A stretch of DNA of 64,000 nt from Planctomycetaceae bacterium. Its GTDB lineage: Bacteria > Planctomycetota > Planctomycetia > Planctomycetales > Planctomycetaceae. A program made the translations under genes and the position numbers. The stretch covers positions 8,341-72,340 of the forward strand of contig JAJDEJ010000109.1 in NCBI GenBank assembly GCA_029259815.1, given 5' to 3'. The notes under the pieces were generated by a model, which had not been told where the DNA came from, did not search any database, and saw nothing but the letters and a program-made list of their open reading frames with translations. Positions 45,447 through 55,659 of the stretch are shown here, in pieces (position 1 is the stretch's first letter; each line of letters starts with the position of its first letter).

Positions 45447-48401
45447 TCACTCAGGAGTCTCATCGTGTTCTTTCGACTTCCGACCGTTCCAGAAGGGAAC
45501 TTTAGGCAATGTCGGAGCGAAATCCAAGAGATTGCGGCGTGGATTCTTCTGAGGACCGGAAGGCCGAGATCCGCTTGCGAGTCTGGGGGGGCTGAGGGCC
45601 ACGACCCGGATGTCATCAAGCCGCACATCTCCATCGCCATTGAGTTCAATGGTCAGTTGGATGTCACGACGATGCGCCACTTCGCGAATGATGCGAAACG
45701 GTTCCCACTTTCCGGGAGGAGACTCCCGCCAGAACCGAAGCGCACCGACCGTCCCTTTCACGTTGTCATAGATCATCAGGCCATCGGGATGGCCGTTGAC
45801 TTGCTTTTCGATCCGAATCTGTCCGGAGATCAGCACAATCTGTCCGCCTTGAATCGGAACAGCAGGAGAGACGACCGTGACATTCGGCGTCGCAGGGACG
45901 TTCGACGATACTTCTGACTGATCAGTTCGGGAGGAGATCCGCAATCCCAGTCGTCCCTGTACGGCATCCGCATGGAGCTCAACTTCCCGGTCTTTTGTTG
46001 TGTCGTACACGGATTTCCATTCGTCGGCAATCACTGTGTCGAGGTCTTCAAAGTCTCCGGACCGCAGCAGGTTCTCTCCGCTCCATCCGGATCCGCTGCC
46101 GATGGCATTGACCATTCTCCAATGATCGGGCAGTGTAGAGAAGCAGAGCGTGTGCGGGCTCGAAGTCGGCGACGTCATGCCAGCGACAGCGTTCTCCCAG
46201 TGGGCACGTTGCAACATTCGCAGGAGTTGCAAAGACGTCCGGCAGCTTCGTCTGGCGACGTCGAACTGTTCCGCCTGCAACTGTGCCTCCGCCTGCTCCA
46301 CCCACTGAGCGGCCTGTGTCAAGCGGGTGTCCGCATTGGGAACTTTGGTGCGTGCCAATTGATCGAGTTGTTGATGTGTCGCCTGCACTCGCTGGAGGCG
46401 GAGGCGAGCAAGTTCCACCCACAGTTGTGCTGCTCGCTGTCGCTGTCTTCGCATGCGCTGTGTGAGTTTTGCCCCGAATTTAGGATCACTCGTGATGACA
46501 ACGAAGGCATATTGGTCGATCATGGGGAGGCGGATTTCCATCCCCCCCGCAGGATACTCGAGATCGAGTGGATGGACGCTCGTACTCGTCACACTCCAGG
46601 CAAAAGCGTGCTGACCGCCTCCAGGCACGACCAGTCGCACATCTTTTCCAGCCATTTGTCCCGGCTGAAACTGTGCCTGATTGTCATACCAAAGTGGCAG
46701 AACCAAACGACCGTGCTTGCTTTGAATGACCGCCGCACGAACATCCGGCTGCTCGGTCTCGTTCGCTGGTTTTTTAGCAGCCGGTGTGAGTTTACCACGC
46801 AAGCCGCGTGACCTGCTGGAGGATGGCTCGCGTGCTCCGATCTCGACGGGAACCGTATCCACGACATGTCCGGTCGCCAAGAGTGGTTCCAGGAGGTCGG
46901 TCTCGAGATTCAACAGCGAGATGGCAAGTCGCCTTTCCTGTGCTGCCGGGGTATCGGCGTCGAGCGGTCCCGACTTCCAGAATCCCAAAGCGCGATGCCC
47001 CACCGAGAGCGATGTGATTGCCTGCAGCCAGATTTGCTCGGCCTCGACCACAATCGGCTCATGCCGTGATGCTTGGCGTGTTGACAGGTTGGGAGCAGCC
47101 GCTTCTGTTTGCAGCCAGGTGAAGCTCAAGCGGTCTGGCAACGCAAGATTTTTCTTGTAGCTGAGATAGTCACGATATTGCGTCGGAACAAAGGTCGTAT
47201 GCAGCATGTGCCGACTGTTGCCGATGAGCGAGATGTGTCGTGAGAATGCTCGTTCGCGGCTGACGACATCGGCAAGCACCGGTCGCGGACGCGTGAATGC
47301 CCGGTCGGCGTCACGGACCATACCAATCCAGTTCTCGACGTGCCTTAACTGATCGGGCGGGATGCGTGTGCCCACCGTCCAGAACAGAATCGGAGCCGTC
47401 GAGGCAGGGATAGGCATCAACCCGGACTTGGAAGTCGAATGCATTGATCCATCCGGCCCCACTGGCAACTGAGGAGGAGCCGCCATGGCCCACATGCCGC
47501 GCTGTGCCAGTTCGTCCATCAAGATCGTATCATCGTACCGTTCGATCCACACGACGTTGATGCCTGTCGCCGCCAAGGCATCCAAATCCTCTCCATGGTA
47601 GACGGCGATCCTCGGGACTCGGGGTCGCCCTTCAATCAACAGCTCGTTGGGATTGATCTGGATCGGGCATTCCAACAACTCTTTCTGACCTGCGTTGATC
47701 TGGCGAATGGTATCCTGTTCGTCCGAGAGATGCACCAGCGGACCATACTGCAACTCATCGACGAGCAATTCCGTCACGCCTTGGCCAACAGGCACATGAA
47801 CTGTGATTCGGTCAACGTGTTTGTCGCGTGTATTGAGCGTTTTTCCATCAAGGAGATTGGCAAGACGTCCTCGCAATAGTGTCATCTGCCTTTCCACGGC
47901 GTCACCAGTGGATGTCACGGTGAGTTGCTGCCAACGATGCGTGTTCTTGTACGGAGTTCCCAGAATCTCGAATGAGACACGCTCGCCAGTCCGTGGATCA
48001 CGTTGATGCGGCAGCACGATCCGCATGGAAATGACCGCCCCCGATCGATTCGCACGGACCCACAACGACGCTGTCAACTCATCGTGCACCTGACTCCGAG
48101 GCACTTGATGAGTCAATTCGGCTGCGACATCACTGAGAGAAGTTAAGAGCTCAACTCGCTCGGCGGCAGTGCCCGACTGACGTTCATAAAAGTCCCGAAC
48201 ATGCTCCACGACTTTCACGCGTGTCTCGTCAACTCTGACATCCCAGCTGGGTCGCGAGGAATCACATGCGTCACGATAATCGTCGCCGCGGGCCGTCGAG
48301 TGACCAGCTGCGAAGGAGAACACTGCGCAGAGGACGAACGCAGTCACAGACGCAAAGCGTCTGAACTGATCGAAATGGCGATGGTGGAACAGCCCTTCCA
48401 T
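45447..48401 (-). CDS. Large secreted hypothetical protein (984 aa)
   Basis: A long ORF with a signal-like FASVTAFVLCAVFSFAAGHSTARG. A central segment (GINVVWIERYDD...GMWAMAAPP) is faintly TIM-barrel/glycosidase-like. There is a coiled-coil stretch (QRQRAAQLWVELARLRLQRVQATHQQL...) and a C-terminal beta-rich domain (LLRSGDFEDLD...). Confidence 0.75.
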   Translation of the reverse strand: MEGLFHHRHFDQFRRFASVTAFVLCAVFSFAAGHSTARGDDYRDACDSSRPSWDVRVDETRVKVVEHVRDFYERQSGTAAERVELLTSLSDVAAELTHQVPRSQVHDELTASLWVRANRSGAVISMRIVLPHQRDPRTGERVSFEILGTPYKNTHRWQQLTVTSTGDAVERQMTLLRGRLANLLDGKTLNTRDKHVDRITVHVPVGQGVTELLVDELQYGPLVHLSDEQDTIRQINAGQKELLECPIQINPNELLIEGRPRVPRIAVYHGEDLDALAATGINVVWIERYDDTILMDELAQRGMWAMAAPPQLPVGPDGSMHSTSKSGLMPIPASTAPILFWTVGTRIPPDQLRHVENWIGMVRDADRAFTRPRPVLADVVSRERAFSRHISLIGNSRHMLHTTFVPTQYRDYLSYKKNLALPDRLSFTWLQTEAAAPNLSTRQASRHEPIVVEAEQIWLQAITSLSVGHRALGFWKSGPLDADTPAAQERRLAISLLNLETDLLEPLLATGHVVDTVPVEIGAREPSSSRSRGLRGKLTPAAKKPANETEQPDVRAAVIQSKHGRLVLPLWYDNQAQFQPGQMAGKDVRLVVPGGGQHAFAWSVTSTSVHPLDLEYPAGGMEIRLPMIDQYAFVVITSDPKFGAKLTQRMRRQRQRAAQLWVELARLRLQRVQATHQQLDQLARTKVPNADTRLTQAAQWVEQAEAQLQAEQFDVARRSCRTSLQLLRMLQRAHWENAVAGMTSPTSSPHTLCFSTLPDHWRMVNAIGSGSGWSGENLLRSGDFEDLDTVIADEWKSVYDTTKDREVELHADAVQGRLGLRISSRTDQSEVSSNVPATPNVTVVSPAVPIQGGQIVLISGQIRIEKQVNGHPDGLMIYDNVKGTVGALRFWRESPPGKWEPFRIIREVAHRRDIQLTIELNGDGDVRLDDIRVVALSPPRLASGSRPSGPQKNPRRNLLDFAPTLPKVPFWNGRKSKEHDETPE

Positions 48402-48864
48402 GGGCCGATTTGTGGCTGTTTCTGGGCCCGACCTTCTCCGGACACCTCAATAAAGTGCCGGTGGGGGCGATGGAGATTGACGGAGGGAATCGACTCTTCT
48501 GTCTGAAACGACGATCGCCATTTCAGACAGACCTGCGAGTTGTACATGAATGATCCAAACGCCACTAGACGACTGTAATCCCTTCTCAGAACAGCAATTA
48601 CGTACATTCTTCAACCCTCGTGTTGACGTTCCTCAACAAGGCGTCACCCATGCTCTTGGGGATGCGGTGTCGCAAGGTAAGAACAGTCATCAACTTACGC
48701 ACATGGTTGCAATTGGTAAACGCTCAAGGCACAATCTGGGCAACGCAATTTTGAAGGAGCTGCCTCGGTCAAAGCGAGTTGGCCGCTCGAAACGCTCCAC
48801 CCCACACATGGCGTCAAGAGTGGACGGCTGGTGGTGGCTGACATTTCGATGAAGGTTCGATGAG

Positions 48865-49170
48865 ATGCCGCGAGAATCGCGACTGCCCGATAGCTATGGA
48901 GACGAACAACCGCGCGAGTTGGTTGAGTTGGGACGTCTGATTGCCGAGTTGCCCGAAGAGCAATTCAAGCATCTGGAGACGACCTACAATCAGGTCGTGG
49001 ACTGTGTGACTCGTCGGCGACGCATTCTGACACTCGTGCAGGAAGCCCTCTCACAACTGCGGCTCGACATCAAGTACCTCATGTTCGACCTTGAGGTTAC
49101 TCGCAGCGAGCGGGATGAGTTAAAGCATCAACTCGACCAGAACGAACGCGACGGTTACGAACGCTACTGA
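48865..49170 (+). CDS. Small coiled-coil hypothetical protein (101 aa)
   Basis: An ATG preceded by a GAAGG-containing purine tract. The sequence shows heptad-like charged/hydrophobic periodicity (LVQEALSQLRLDIKYLMFDLEVTRSERDELKHQL). It is transcribed divergently from the 984-aa gene. Confidence 0.5.
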   Translation: MPRESRLPDSYGDEQPRELVELGRLIAELPEEQFKHLETTYNQVVDCVTRRRRILTLVQEALSQLRLDIKYLMFDLEVTRSERDELKHQLDQNERDGYERY

Positions 49171-49204
49171 CGCTGAGTCGGGCATCGGCCCCCTCAGTTT
49201 GCAC

Positions 49205-49304
49205 GTCATTCCCGCGAAGGCGGGGATCCAGTCCGCATGTAGCACCGTGTCTAACTCAAACGTCGTAACTGTCGATGCTGGATCCCCGCCTTCGCGGGAA
49301 TGAC
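49205..49304. repeat. Palindromic intergenic repeat, family C, copy 2
   Basis: GTCATTCCCGCGAAGGCGGGGATCCAG (49205-49231) has a perfect 27-bp inverted partner at 49278-49304, with a 46-nt spacer. Confidence 0.88.
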
Positions 49305-49352
49305 GGTTGTGGGAATCGACAGGATGACTCAAGTGTCAGCCTCGATTCGCAC

Positions 49353-50402
49353 TCACTCCTCAGGCTCACTTCTGTCTTCCCCTTCAGTCGCGCTCTTGTC
49401 TTCGGACTCATCCGACATTGCAAACCACTTCGCCAACATCGTTCCGGTCAACATGCACCCAAACGTGTACGCTGCTGTCGGGATGGCGGCTGTGGGAGTG
49501 TCCTCGAACCACTTGATCGCCAACGCCGTGCCGACCCCCGCGTTCTGCATGCCCACCTCAAGGGTCAGCGCCTTGCGCATGTTGTGGGAGAGTCGCATTG
49601 CCGTCGCTCCACTGTAGCCGGCGAGATAGCCTCCCAGGTTCAGCAACAACAGCACACTGAGCACGGCCATCGGAATCTGTTGCAGTCTGTCTCGATTCAG
49701 GGCCACAACCGTCGCAATGATCCAGAGGATGGCCAAATTAGCGACCGGACCGGCAATGCGGCGCAGGGCAGGGGCTCCACGACTCCAGAGGCGACACACC
49801 AGATAGCCCGCGATCACCGGTCCCACGACTTCACGCAGCAACTGCATGCTGATCGCCAGTGAGTCGATCGATGCTCTCGTCCTCAGGGCCAGTTGCAGAG
49901 CCAACGGGACGATGATCGGAGACAGCAACGTCGCGAGTGTTGTCAGACTCACCGAGTAGCTGATGTTACCACGAGCGGCCAAGGTCAACACGTTGGATGC
50001 CATCGCCCCTGGGACACAGCCGACAAGGACGACTCCCACGAACAAGTCACTCGGTAATTGAAAGATCGTGGCCAGTCCAAACGCCAAGAGAGGCATCGAG
50101 GTGTATTGGACAAGAGTCCCTCCCAAAACCGTCGGCCACCGCTGCTGGACCATTGAGACTTCATCTCTCGGCAGCAGTGTCCCAATGGCAAACATCGTCA
50201 CCGCCACGACTGTTCCCAGCGGAAACCGGGGACGAGATTGCCCCGTCTCCGATGAGGTGACAAGCAACGGATCAAACGCAGCGACCGTTCCTGTCTCCGG
50301 TGAAGAGAGTTGCCAAGCATGGTTCCCACCCCACAGGGATGGCCACCAGATTGCGATCGCTGACGAAAGGATCAGCCAGAGAAGCAGGTGTCTCTGCAGC
50401 AT
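49353..50402 (-). CDS. Bile acid:sodium symporter (BASS/SBF) family transporter
   Basis: A polytopic membrane protein. LVGCVPGAMASNV and LEVGMQNAGVGTALA are the two SBF signature regions. Confidence 0.85.
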   Translation of the reverse strand: MLQRHLLLWLILSSAIAIWWPSLWGGNHAWQLSSPETGTVAAFDPLLVTSSETGQSRPRFPLGTVVAVTMFAIGTLLPRDEVSMVQQRWPTVLGGTLVQYTSMPLLAFGLATIFQLPSDLFVGVVLVGCVPGAMASNVLTLAARGNISYSVSLTTLATLLSPIIVPLALQLALRTRASIDSLAISMQLLREVVGPVIAGYLVCRLWSRGAPALRRIAGPVANLAILWIIATVVALNRDRLQQIPMAVLSVLLLLNLGGYLAGYSGATAMRLSHNMRKALTLEVGMQNAGVGTALAIKWFEDTPTAAIPTAAYTFGCMLTGTMLAKWFAMSDESEDKSATEGEDRSEPEE

Positions 50403-50482
50403 GAGCGGGCATCAAGGAGTGAGGGAGGACTCTCGCAAGTTATCGGCCTCAATGGCGACGTGCAATCGCGACCTTGTCAGTC

Positions 50483-51346
50483 TCAACGAAACATCGGTCC
50501 TGCCTCAGTGTCGAACTGATCAGTAAAGGTTAACCCAGATCTTGGTCGAGAGGCGACACGTGACGGTGGTCGAGGCGTGAAGAACGTCACCCCCTGTCGA
50601 CGGCGCTGCGGTGCAGTGAAGAACACCCCACGGCGCTGAGACTTATCTGCAGGCGTCGGCTCGCTCTCTCGCGAGTGAGCGACAGACCCAGATCGAGCAT
50701 GGGGCGTGGGAGTAACGGTCGTGCGAGAGGCAACAGGCGTTGATACGGCTGCCACGCTACTGCGGGCTCCCTGCGCGAATGACGTATCGGGAGCCATCAC
50801 CAGTGACGTTTGCAGATCGAGTGACGTGGAAGGCAGTGGCTCGCCACTCGCGAGACTGTTCAGGATTTTGGACTGAGACTCGAACAGTCTCTCAGCGAAT
50901 TGAATGACCTGAGCCGTGGGCACTCCGGCGGATTGCCGTTGGAATTGTTGGAGTTCGTCCAGGCACACCTGTCGATTGGCGTTGGTCATTTCGATGACCC
51001 GATCGAGGAAGACCTCTCGTTCCTCAGCGACCCGTGCCGGTTGCTCAGACTGAGCGAACAGGGCCTGTTGATTCACCAGACGTTGTTCCAAATCCAATGA
51101 ACGTGTTTTCGCCTGAGCAGCCTGGATGTTCAGCAGATTGATCTCAGCATGCAGAGCGGCGAGTTCGGCAGTCGAGTTGCCCAAGTTCTGGGGGACATCA
51201 GAACGTCCCATCAGGCCACCGATGACGATCCCGAGCACAAATAACACGGCCCCAGCCACCACCGCCAAGAGCCGAAGTGAGTACGAAGACGGCAGTTCGG
51301 TGTGAGCATCCCACAACGTGTCTTCTGGAGAAACGGTATATGACAT
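50483..51346 (-). CDS. Single-pass membrane protein with a coiled coil and a basic, Pro/Ser/Thr-rich tail (hypothetical)
   Basis: A TM helix LLAVVAGAVLFVLGIVIGGLMG is followed by a coiled-coil-like region. I prefer ATG 51346; the ORF opens at 51391. Confidence 0.55.
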   Translation of the reverse strand: MSYTVSPEDTLWDAHTELPSSYSLRLLAVVAGAVLFVLGIVIGGLMGRSDVPQNLGNSTAELAALHAEINLLNIQAAQAKTRSLDLEQRLVNQQALFAQSEQPARVAEEREVFLDRVIEMTNANRQVCLDELQQFQRQSAGVPTAQVIQFAERLFESQSKILNSLASGEPLPSTSLDLQTSLVMAPDTSFAQGARSSVAAVSTPVASRTTVTPTPHARSGSVAHSRESEPTPADKSQRRGVFFTAPQRRRQGVTFFTPRPPSRVASRPRSGLTFTDQFDTEAGPMFR

Positions 51347-51640
51347 CCCTGCACCCTCATTTCGCCGGATCGTGGGAGATGGTCCATCCATGTCGGATCG
51401 TTGCGATCGCTATCTCCCTCTATGGAGTATCGAGCAGAAGACGTGGAGCCGTGAGGACGTCACTTCTGACCCGAAATCGGGACGCAACGGGCAGAATCGC
51501 TAGAACCGCGCCAATCCGACTTCGCGAATGAATGCACTCTGAACATGGTGGCATCTCGACGACGGACGGCAGAATCGGCCGACGAAAGCGCGTAACGATG
51601 TCCAATCGGCGTTCAGAATTTTGCGACCGAAGTGCATCGA

Positions 51641-53143
51641 TCAGCTGGAGCCGTGCGGCGTTCTCGACTCGTGAAGAAGAGCATGACCAAACTTTCGCCA
51701 CCAGACGAATCCTGCAGCGACCACAGCTGCAATGGCGCACAGGATCACGAACCAACCCTGGCTGGTTGATCCGCTGTCCGCCTGAATTTTCTGCAAGGCG
51801 ATTTGCGAGGTCGCACGCAGAGCTTCATTCGGATCCTGAGTCCAATGGCGATGAAGCACTGGGGCAAACGCCCGTGCACGGCGGCCCATCTCTCCCAGAG
51901 AAGACGCAGCCGCCATACGGAGCTCCAGTGTCTCTGTCGTGTCAATCAGCACGTCGGCTACAGCTTCAATGCTCTCATCATTCAGGTGCGGCAACTGACC
52001 CAGTGCCTGGAATGCGTTGATCCTGACCGGCAGTTGCTGGGACTGGATGGCTTGGACCCACAACGCCTCGGCGCGAGTTGCCTTTTCAGCCGACTGCCGC
52101 AAGCGGAATCCCCACATCAACAGTCCGACGATGACAATCAGGCTTGCCAGGAACGGCCACAGATACGTCCTGCCTGCCGCGACGTGCCCCAACTCACGTG
52201 TCTCCTTGAACTGCATCTCGACAGGCAAGCTGGAAGGCTGAGGAGACCGCTTGAATGTATCACTGTCGATCGGTCTTGGTCTCGTAACAACGGAGACTTT
52301 GGACGTCACCAGACTCACTTCCCGAGCGACCACCTTGGCGTCGGTTGGTCGGTCTGCGGGCTCCTTCGCAAGAAGCTTCGTGACCAGCTGTTCCAGGGCC
52401 ACCGGACAATCCAGCGCGATCGGCGTGATTCTCGGAATCTCTGCGCGACAGTGCATGTGCATCGTCGCCGCCGGCGTGTCGCCAACAAAGGGGGGCTTGC
52501 CGGTCAGGAGTTCGTACAGCACACACCCCAGTGCATACAGATCCGTTTGCGGAGTGATGTCGCCGCCTCGAATCTGCTCGGGTGCCATGTACAACAGTGT
52601 GCCTGCCGTCTTCCCAGCACTCGTGATTCGTCGCGACGCGATGACACTGGCGAGACCGAAATCACTCAGTTTGAGCCTCCCTTTCTCGTCGAGCAGAAAA
52701 TTGGCCGGCTTAAGATCACGATGGACAACGCCGTGCTGATGAAGGTAGGCCAAGGCTGCACACATTTGCCTGGCATACTCGATCACCGTTTCCCAAGGCA
52801 GCCGTCCCCGTTCCTGGAGTTGGTCTTCGAGTGAACCGCCGGGCATCAACTCCATCGCATAGAACCGACGCTTGTCCTCGCACACTCCACCGAAAGATCG
52901 CACGATGTTTGGATGCTGCAGCGATTTGAGCACCTCGACCTCGCGCTCGAACCTCGCCAGCACGACTGGATTCGTCACGTCATCCGGCAGCATCTTCACG
53001 GCGACGTCGATGTCCTTGACGACGTAACGTCCGCGATACACGACGCCCATCCCGCCTTCACCCAGCCGTTCTTTCAACTCGAACGGCCAGATCCAGCGAC
53101 TTGATGGCTCGGGGGGAGATGTCGGTTTGGAGGCCACGTTCAT
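51641..53143 (-). CDS. Serine/threonine protein kinase with a TM segment and a HEAT-like C-terminal region
   Basis: GEGGMGVVYRG, VAVK, HRDLKPANFLL, DFG and APE. A TM helix LWPFLASLIVIVGLLMWGF follows the kinase domain, and there is a second C-terminal TM. Confidence 0.9.
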   Translation of the reverse strand: MNVASKPTSPPEPSSRWIWPFELKERLGEGGMGVVYRGRYVVKDIDVAVKMLPDDVTNPVVLARFEREVEVLKSLQHPNIVRSFGGVCEDKRRFYAMELMPGGSLEDQLQERGRLPWETVIEYARQMCAALAYLHQHGVVHRDLKPANFLLDEKGRLKLSDFGLASVIASRRITSAGKTAGTLLYMAPEQIRGGDITPQTDLYALGCVLYELLTGKPPFVGDTPAATMHMHCRAEIPRITPIALDCPVALEQLVTKLLAKEPADRPTDAKVVAREVSLVTSKVSVVTRPRPIDSDTFKRSPQPSSLPVEMQFKETRELGHVAAGRTYLWPFLASLIVIVGLLMWGFRLRQSAEKATRAEALWVQAIQSQQLPVRINAFQALGQLPHLNDESIEAVADVLIDTTETLELRMAAASSLGEMGRRARAFAPVLHRHWTQDPNEALRATSQIALQKIQADSGSTSQGWFVILCAIAAVVAAGFVWWRKFGHALLHESRTPHGSS

Positions 53144-53467
53144 ATCATTGGATGATGGACACTGTCCGTTTGCGTTCTCGTCTCGCCGTCCATTGTACGG
53201 CCCCTGTCGACAGAATTCTAAACCGATCTCATCCGGGGGAGACAGTCCGAAACCGTGATCTCAACGACATTCCAGGAGCATTTTTTCGGAATTGTCAGGT
53301 TACAGGAATTGGGACTGGACACGAGTGACATCTGGGATGATCTGACCGAAAGATTGCTGATCACACTTGATAATTCAACTCCGGAGAGGTTGCAGCTTTC
53401 ATGCCGTTGTTGCCAAGATAGCTCAAAAATTGGAAGACCCAAAACAATACGTCCTCTGGAGCGATTG

Positions 53468-54571
53468 ATGAAGGCTTTGGCAGTCCGCCCTGGCGTGGCT
53501 CATAGTTCTCACGTCGCGGATCTTGATCCGCCGCAACTGGGTGACATCCCCCATGACCGAGGTGTGCTGGTCCGCACACTTCAGGTTGGCGTCGATGCGA
53601 CGGATGCCGAGATCGACGCAGCGCTGTACGGTGCCGCTCCGCCAGGATTCGACTTCCTTGTGTTGGGTCATGAGGTGTTTGGCGTGGTGGAAGCCATCGG
53701 CTCCGCCGTCACGCATGTCCAGCCCGGTGACCTCTGCACCTGTACCGTGAGACGTCCGGGGTCCACGCTCTACGATCAGATTGGCCGCAACGACATCACC
53801 AGCGACGAGATCTACTTCGAACGTGGCATCAACCTCCTTCACGGATTTCTCACGGAGAAGTTCGTCGATGATGCCGAGTTTGTGGTGAAGGTGCCTGTCG
53901 GGCTGGCTCACCTTGGGGTCCTCTCCGAGCCCGCCAGCATCTGTGCCAAGGGGATCGAGCAGGCGTATCTCGCCCAGTCGCGGTTGCAGGTCTGGGAACC
54001 CAAGCGAGCATTCGTCACGGGAGCTGGGCAGATCGGACTTCTCACTGCCATGATGCTGCGATTGCGGGGACTCGACGTCTACGTTCTCGCCCGGACCCGG
54101 AATCCGGGTCTGAAGCAGGAGATCGCTGAGGCCTATGGAGCGAAGTACGTCAGCACGCTGGACGCAACCATTCATGAGTTAGCCAAACAGGTCGGCAAGC
54201 CCGATCTCATCGTCGAGGCAACCGGCAGCAGCGCCATTGCGTTTGAGTGCATGGAGGTCTTGAGCCTCAACGGAGCCCTCGTCTGGACGAGTGTGACGGG
54301 CGGCAACCATCGTGCTGAGGTCCCAACCGACAAGATCAACTTGGAATGGGTGCTTGGCAACAAGCTGCTGGTCGGCACAGTGAATGGCAATCGCTACCAC
54401 TTCGAGAAAGGACTGGCGGACCTTGCACTCGCAGAAGTGATGTACCCTGGTGTCACGGAACGAATTCTGACGAACCCCGTACAGGGCATCGACAACTACA
54501 CCGAGATCATGCGGTTGCTCACCGAGGACAAGTCGGCCCTCAAGGTGTACGTAGAAGTGGCGGACCTGTAG
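53468..54571 (+). CDS. Zinc-type medium-chain dehydrogenase (glucose 1-dehydrogenase/threonine dehydrogenase-like)
   Basis: MKALAVRPG..., [12 protein letters not shown], and the Rossmann motif [11 protein letters not shown] prefer ATG 53468; the ORF opens at 53255. Confidence 0.85.
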   Translation: MKALAVRPGVAHSSHVADLDPPQLGDIPHDRGVLVRTLQVGVDATDAEIDAALYGAAPPGFDFLVLGHEVFGVVEAIGSAVTHVQPGDLCTCTVRRPGSTLYDQIGRNDITSDEIYFERGINLLHGFLTEKFVDDAEFVVKVPVGLAHLGVLSEPASICAKGIEQAYLAQSRLQVWEPKRAFVTGAGQIGLLTAMMLRLRGLDVYVLARTRNPGLKQEIAEAYGAKYVSTLDATIHELAKQVGKPDLIVEATGSSAIAFECMEVLSLNGALVWTSVTGGNHRAEVPTDKINLEWVLGNKLLVGTVNGNRYHFEKGLADLALAEVMYPGVTERILTNPVQGIDNYTEIMRLLTEDKSALKVYVEVADL

Positions 54572-55358
54572 CTTCCGAAGCTGAGACCGGTTTGATCACC
54601 GGACCGTCGACCAGCACGGGAATGCGGATCACCGAGAACTCGGGATCGTTGGTCAGAATCGAGACGGTGCTGATCGCACGTCCTGGGGGAACGTTGCCGG
54701 GCACGTGCAGCACGACAGGCACGCGAGTGTTGCCGCTTTCGTCCACTTCTGCAGTCTGCACCTCAATGTCAATGACGTCTGACGTCGACGTCGCGTCGGT
54801 GACAGCAATTTCGTGGCCTCGATAATCGGTGACGTAAACCGTCGCCTGGCTCGGCTGACCGTTGTGCTGATAGAATGCCAGCTCAGGCGGGTCGACCGTC
54901 ACTTTTTTCTCGGGCAGAATGAGCTTGAAGCGCACGGTCGCCTGTCGAGGTTGCGGATCTTCGTAGTCCACCTTGACCGTGTAGGTATGCGGGCCGGGGG
55001 CTTCGTTCGCAGTGGTCACACCGACCACGAAGTAGCCCGACTCACCAGGCTGATACACGCGTTTGTCGTCTTCCAGCCGGGGTCGCAGACACCCGCAACT
55101 GGGGTCCAGCTTTGTGATCGTCAGAGGCTCTGCACCCGTGTTGGTGAAGTGATACTCACCCTGGATGATGGGAGCCAGACCGACGTCTCGCCGGTTGACG
55201 AGATACTGGTCAAATGCCAGGGACGGCAGTGGGTCGACCTTCGCGACAAGCTGAGGGGCAGCAGGCCAGATAGCAGCGATCGCAGACCAAATCAGCGGGA
55301 CGGCTGCCAACAGCAGCAAGAATCGATGCTGTGGCGTGCTTGTCGAAGCGGAATCCAT
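54540..55358 (-). CDS. DUF1573 domain protein (two Ig/PapD-like repeats) with an N-terminal membrane anchor
   Basis: The anchor is [41 protein letters not shown] is the DUF1573 signature, and a second beta-rich repeat follows. Confidence 0.8.
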   Translation of the reverse strand: MDSASTSTPQHRFLLLLAAVPLIWSAIAAIWPAAPQLVAKVDPLPSLAFDQYLVNRRDVGLAPIIQGEYHFTNTGAEPLTITKLDPSCGCLRPRLEDDKRVYQPGESGYFVVGVTTANEAPGPHTYTVKVDYEDPQPRQATVRFKLILPEKKVTVDPPELAFYQHNGQPSQATVYVTDYRGHEIAVTDATSTSDVIDIEVQTAEVDESGNTRVPVVLHVPGNVPPGRAISTVSILTNDPEFSVIRIPVLVDGPVIKPVSASEATGPPLLRTP

Positions 55359-55411
55359 CGCGTGCCTCCATACGTCTCAGCGTGCCATCCGGGCGGTGAT
55401 TCGGCTGGTTC

Positions 55412-55519
55412 CAAAGTAGCCATCACGCTCCGCGTGATGAGCGGAACAAGGGCGACCTTGCAACAAGCAGGAATGCGTGTGAGCCATCGCGTCATCACGC
55501 GGAGTGTGACGACTACTAT
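55412..55519. repeat. Palindromic intergenic repeat, family A, copy 3
   Basis: The same 35-nt left arm as 10285-10319, with the inverted right arm GTCATCACGCGGAGTGTGACGACTACTAT. Confidence 0.85.
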
Positions 55520-55659
55520 GAACAGACCGATCGGCTTCTAGCACATGATGGCCGGCCCGACAAGATGAGCACCTCGGGTGGTCGGCGTTGCCTCCCAGCT
55601 AACTGGCTCCGATCACCCACGTTAGCCGCGAGCCAACGACGAGCGCCACTCCCTGACGA

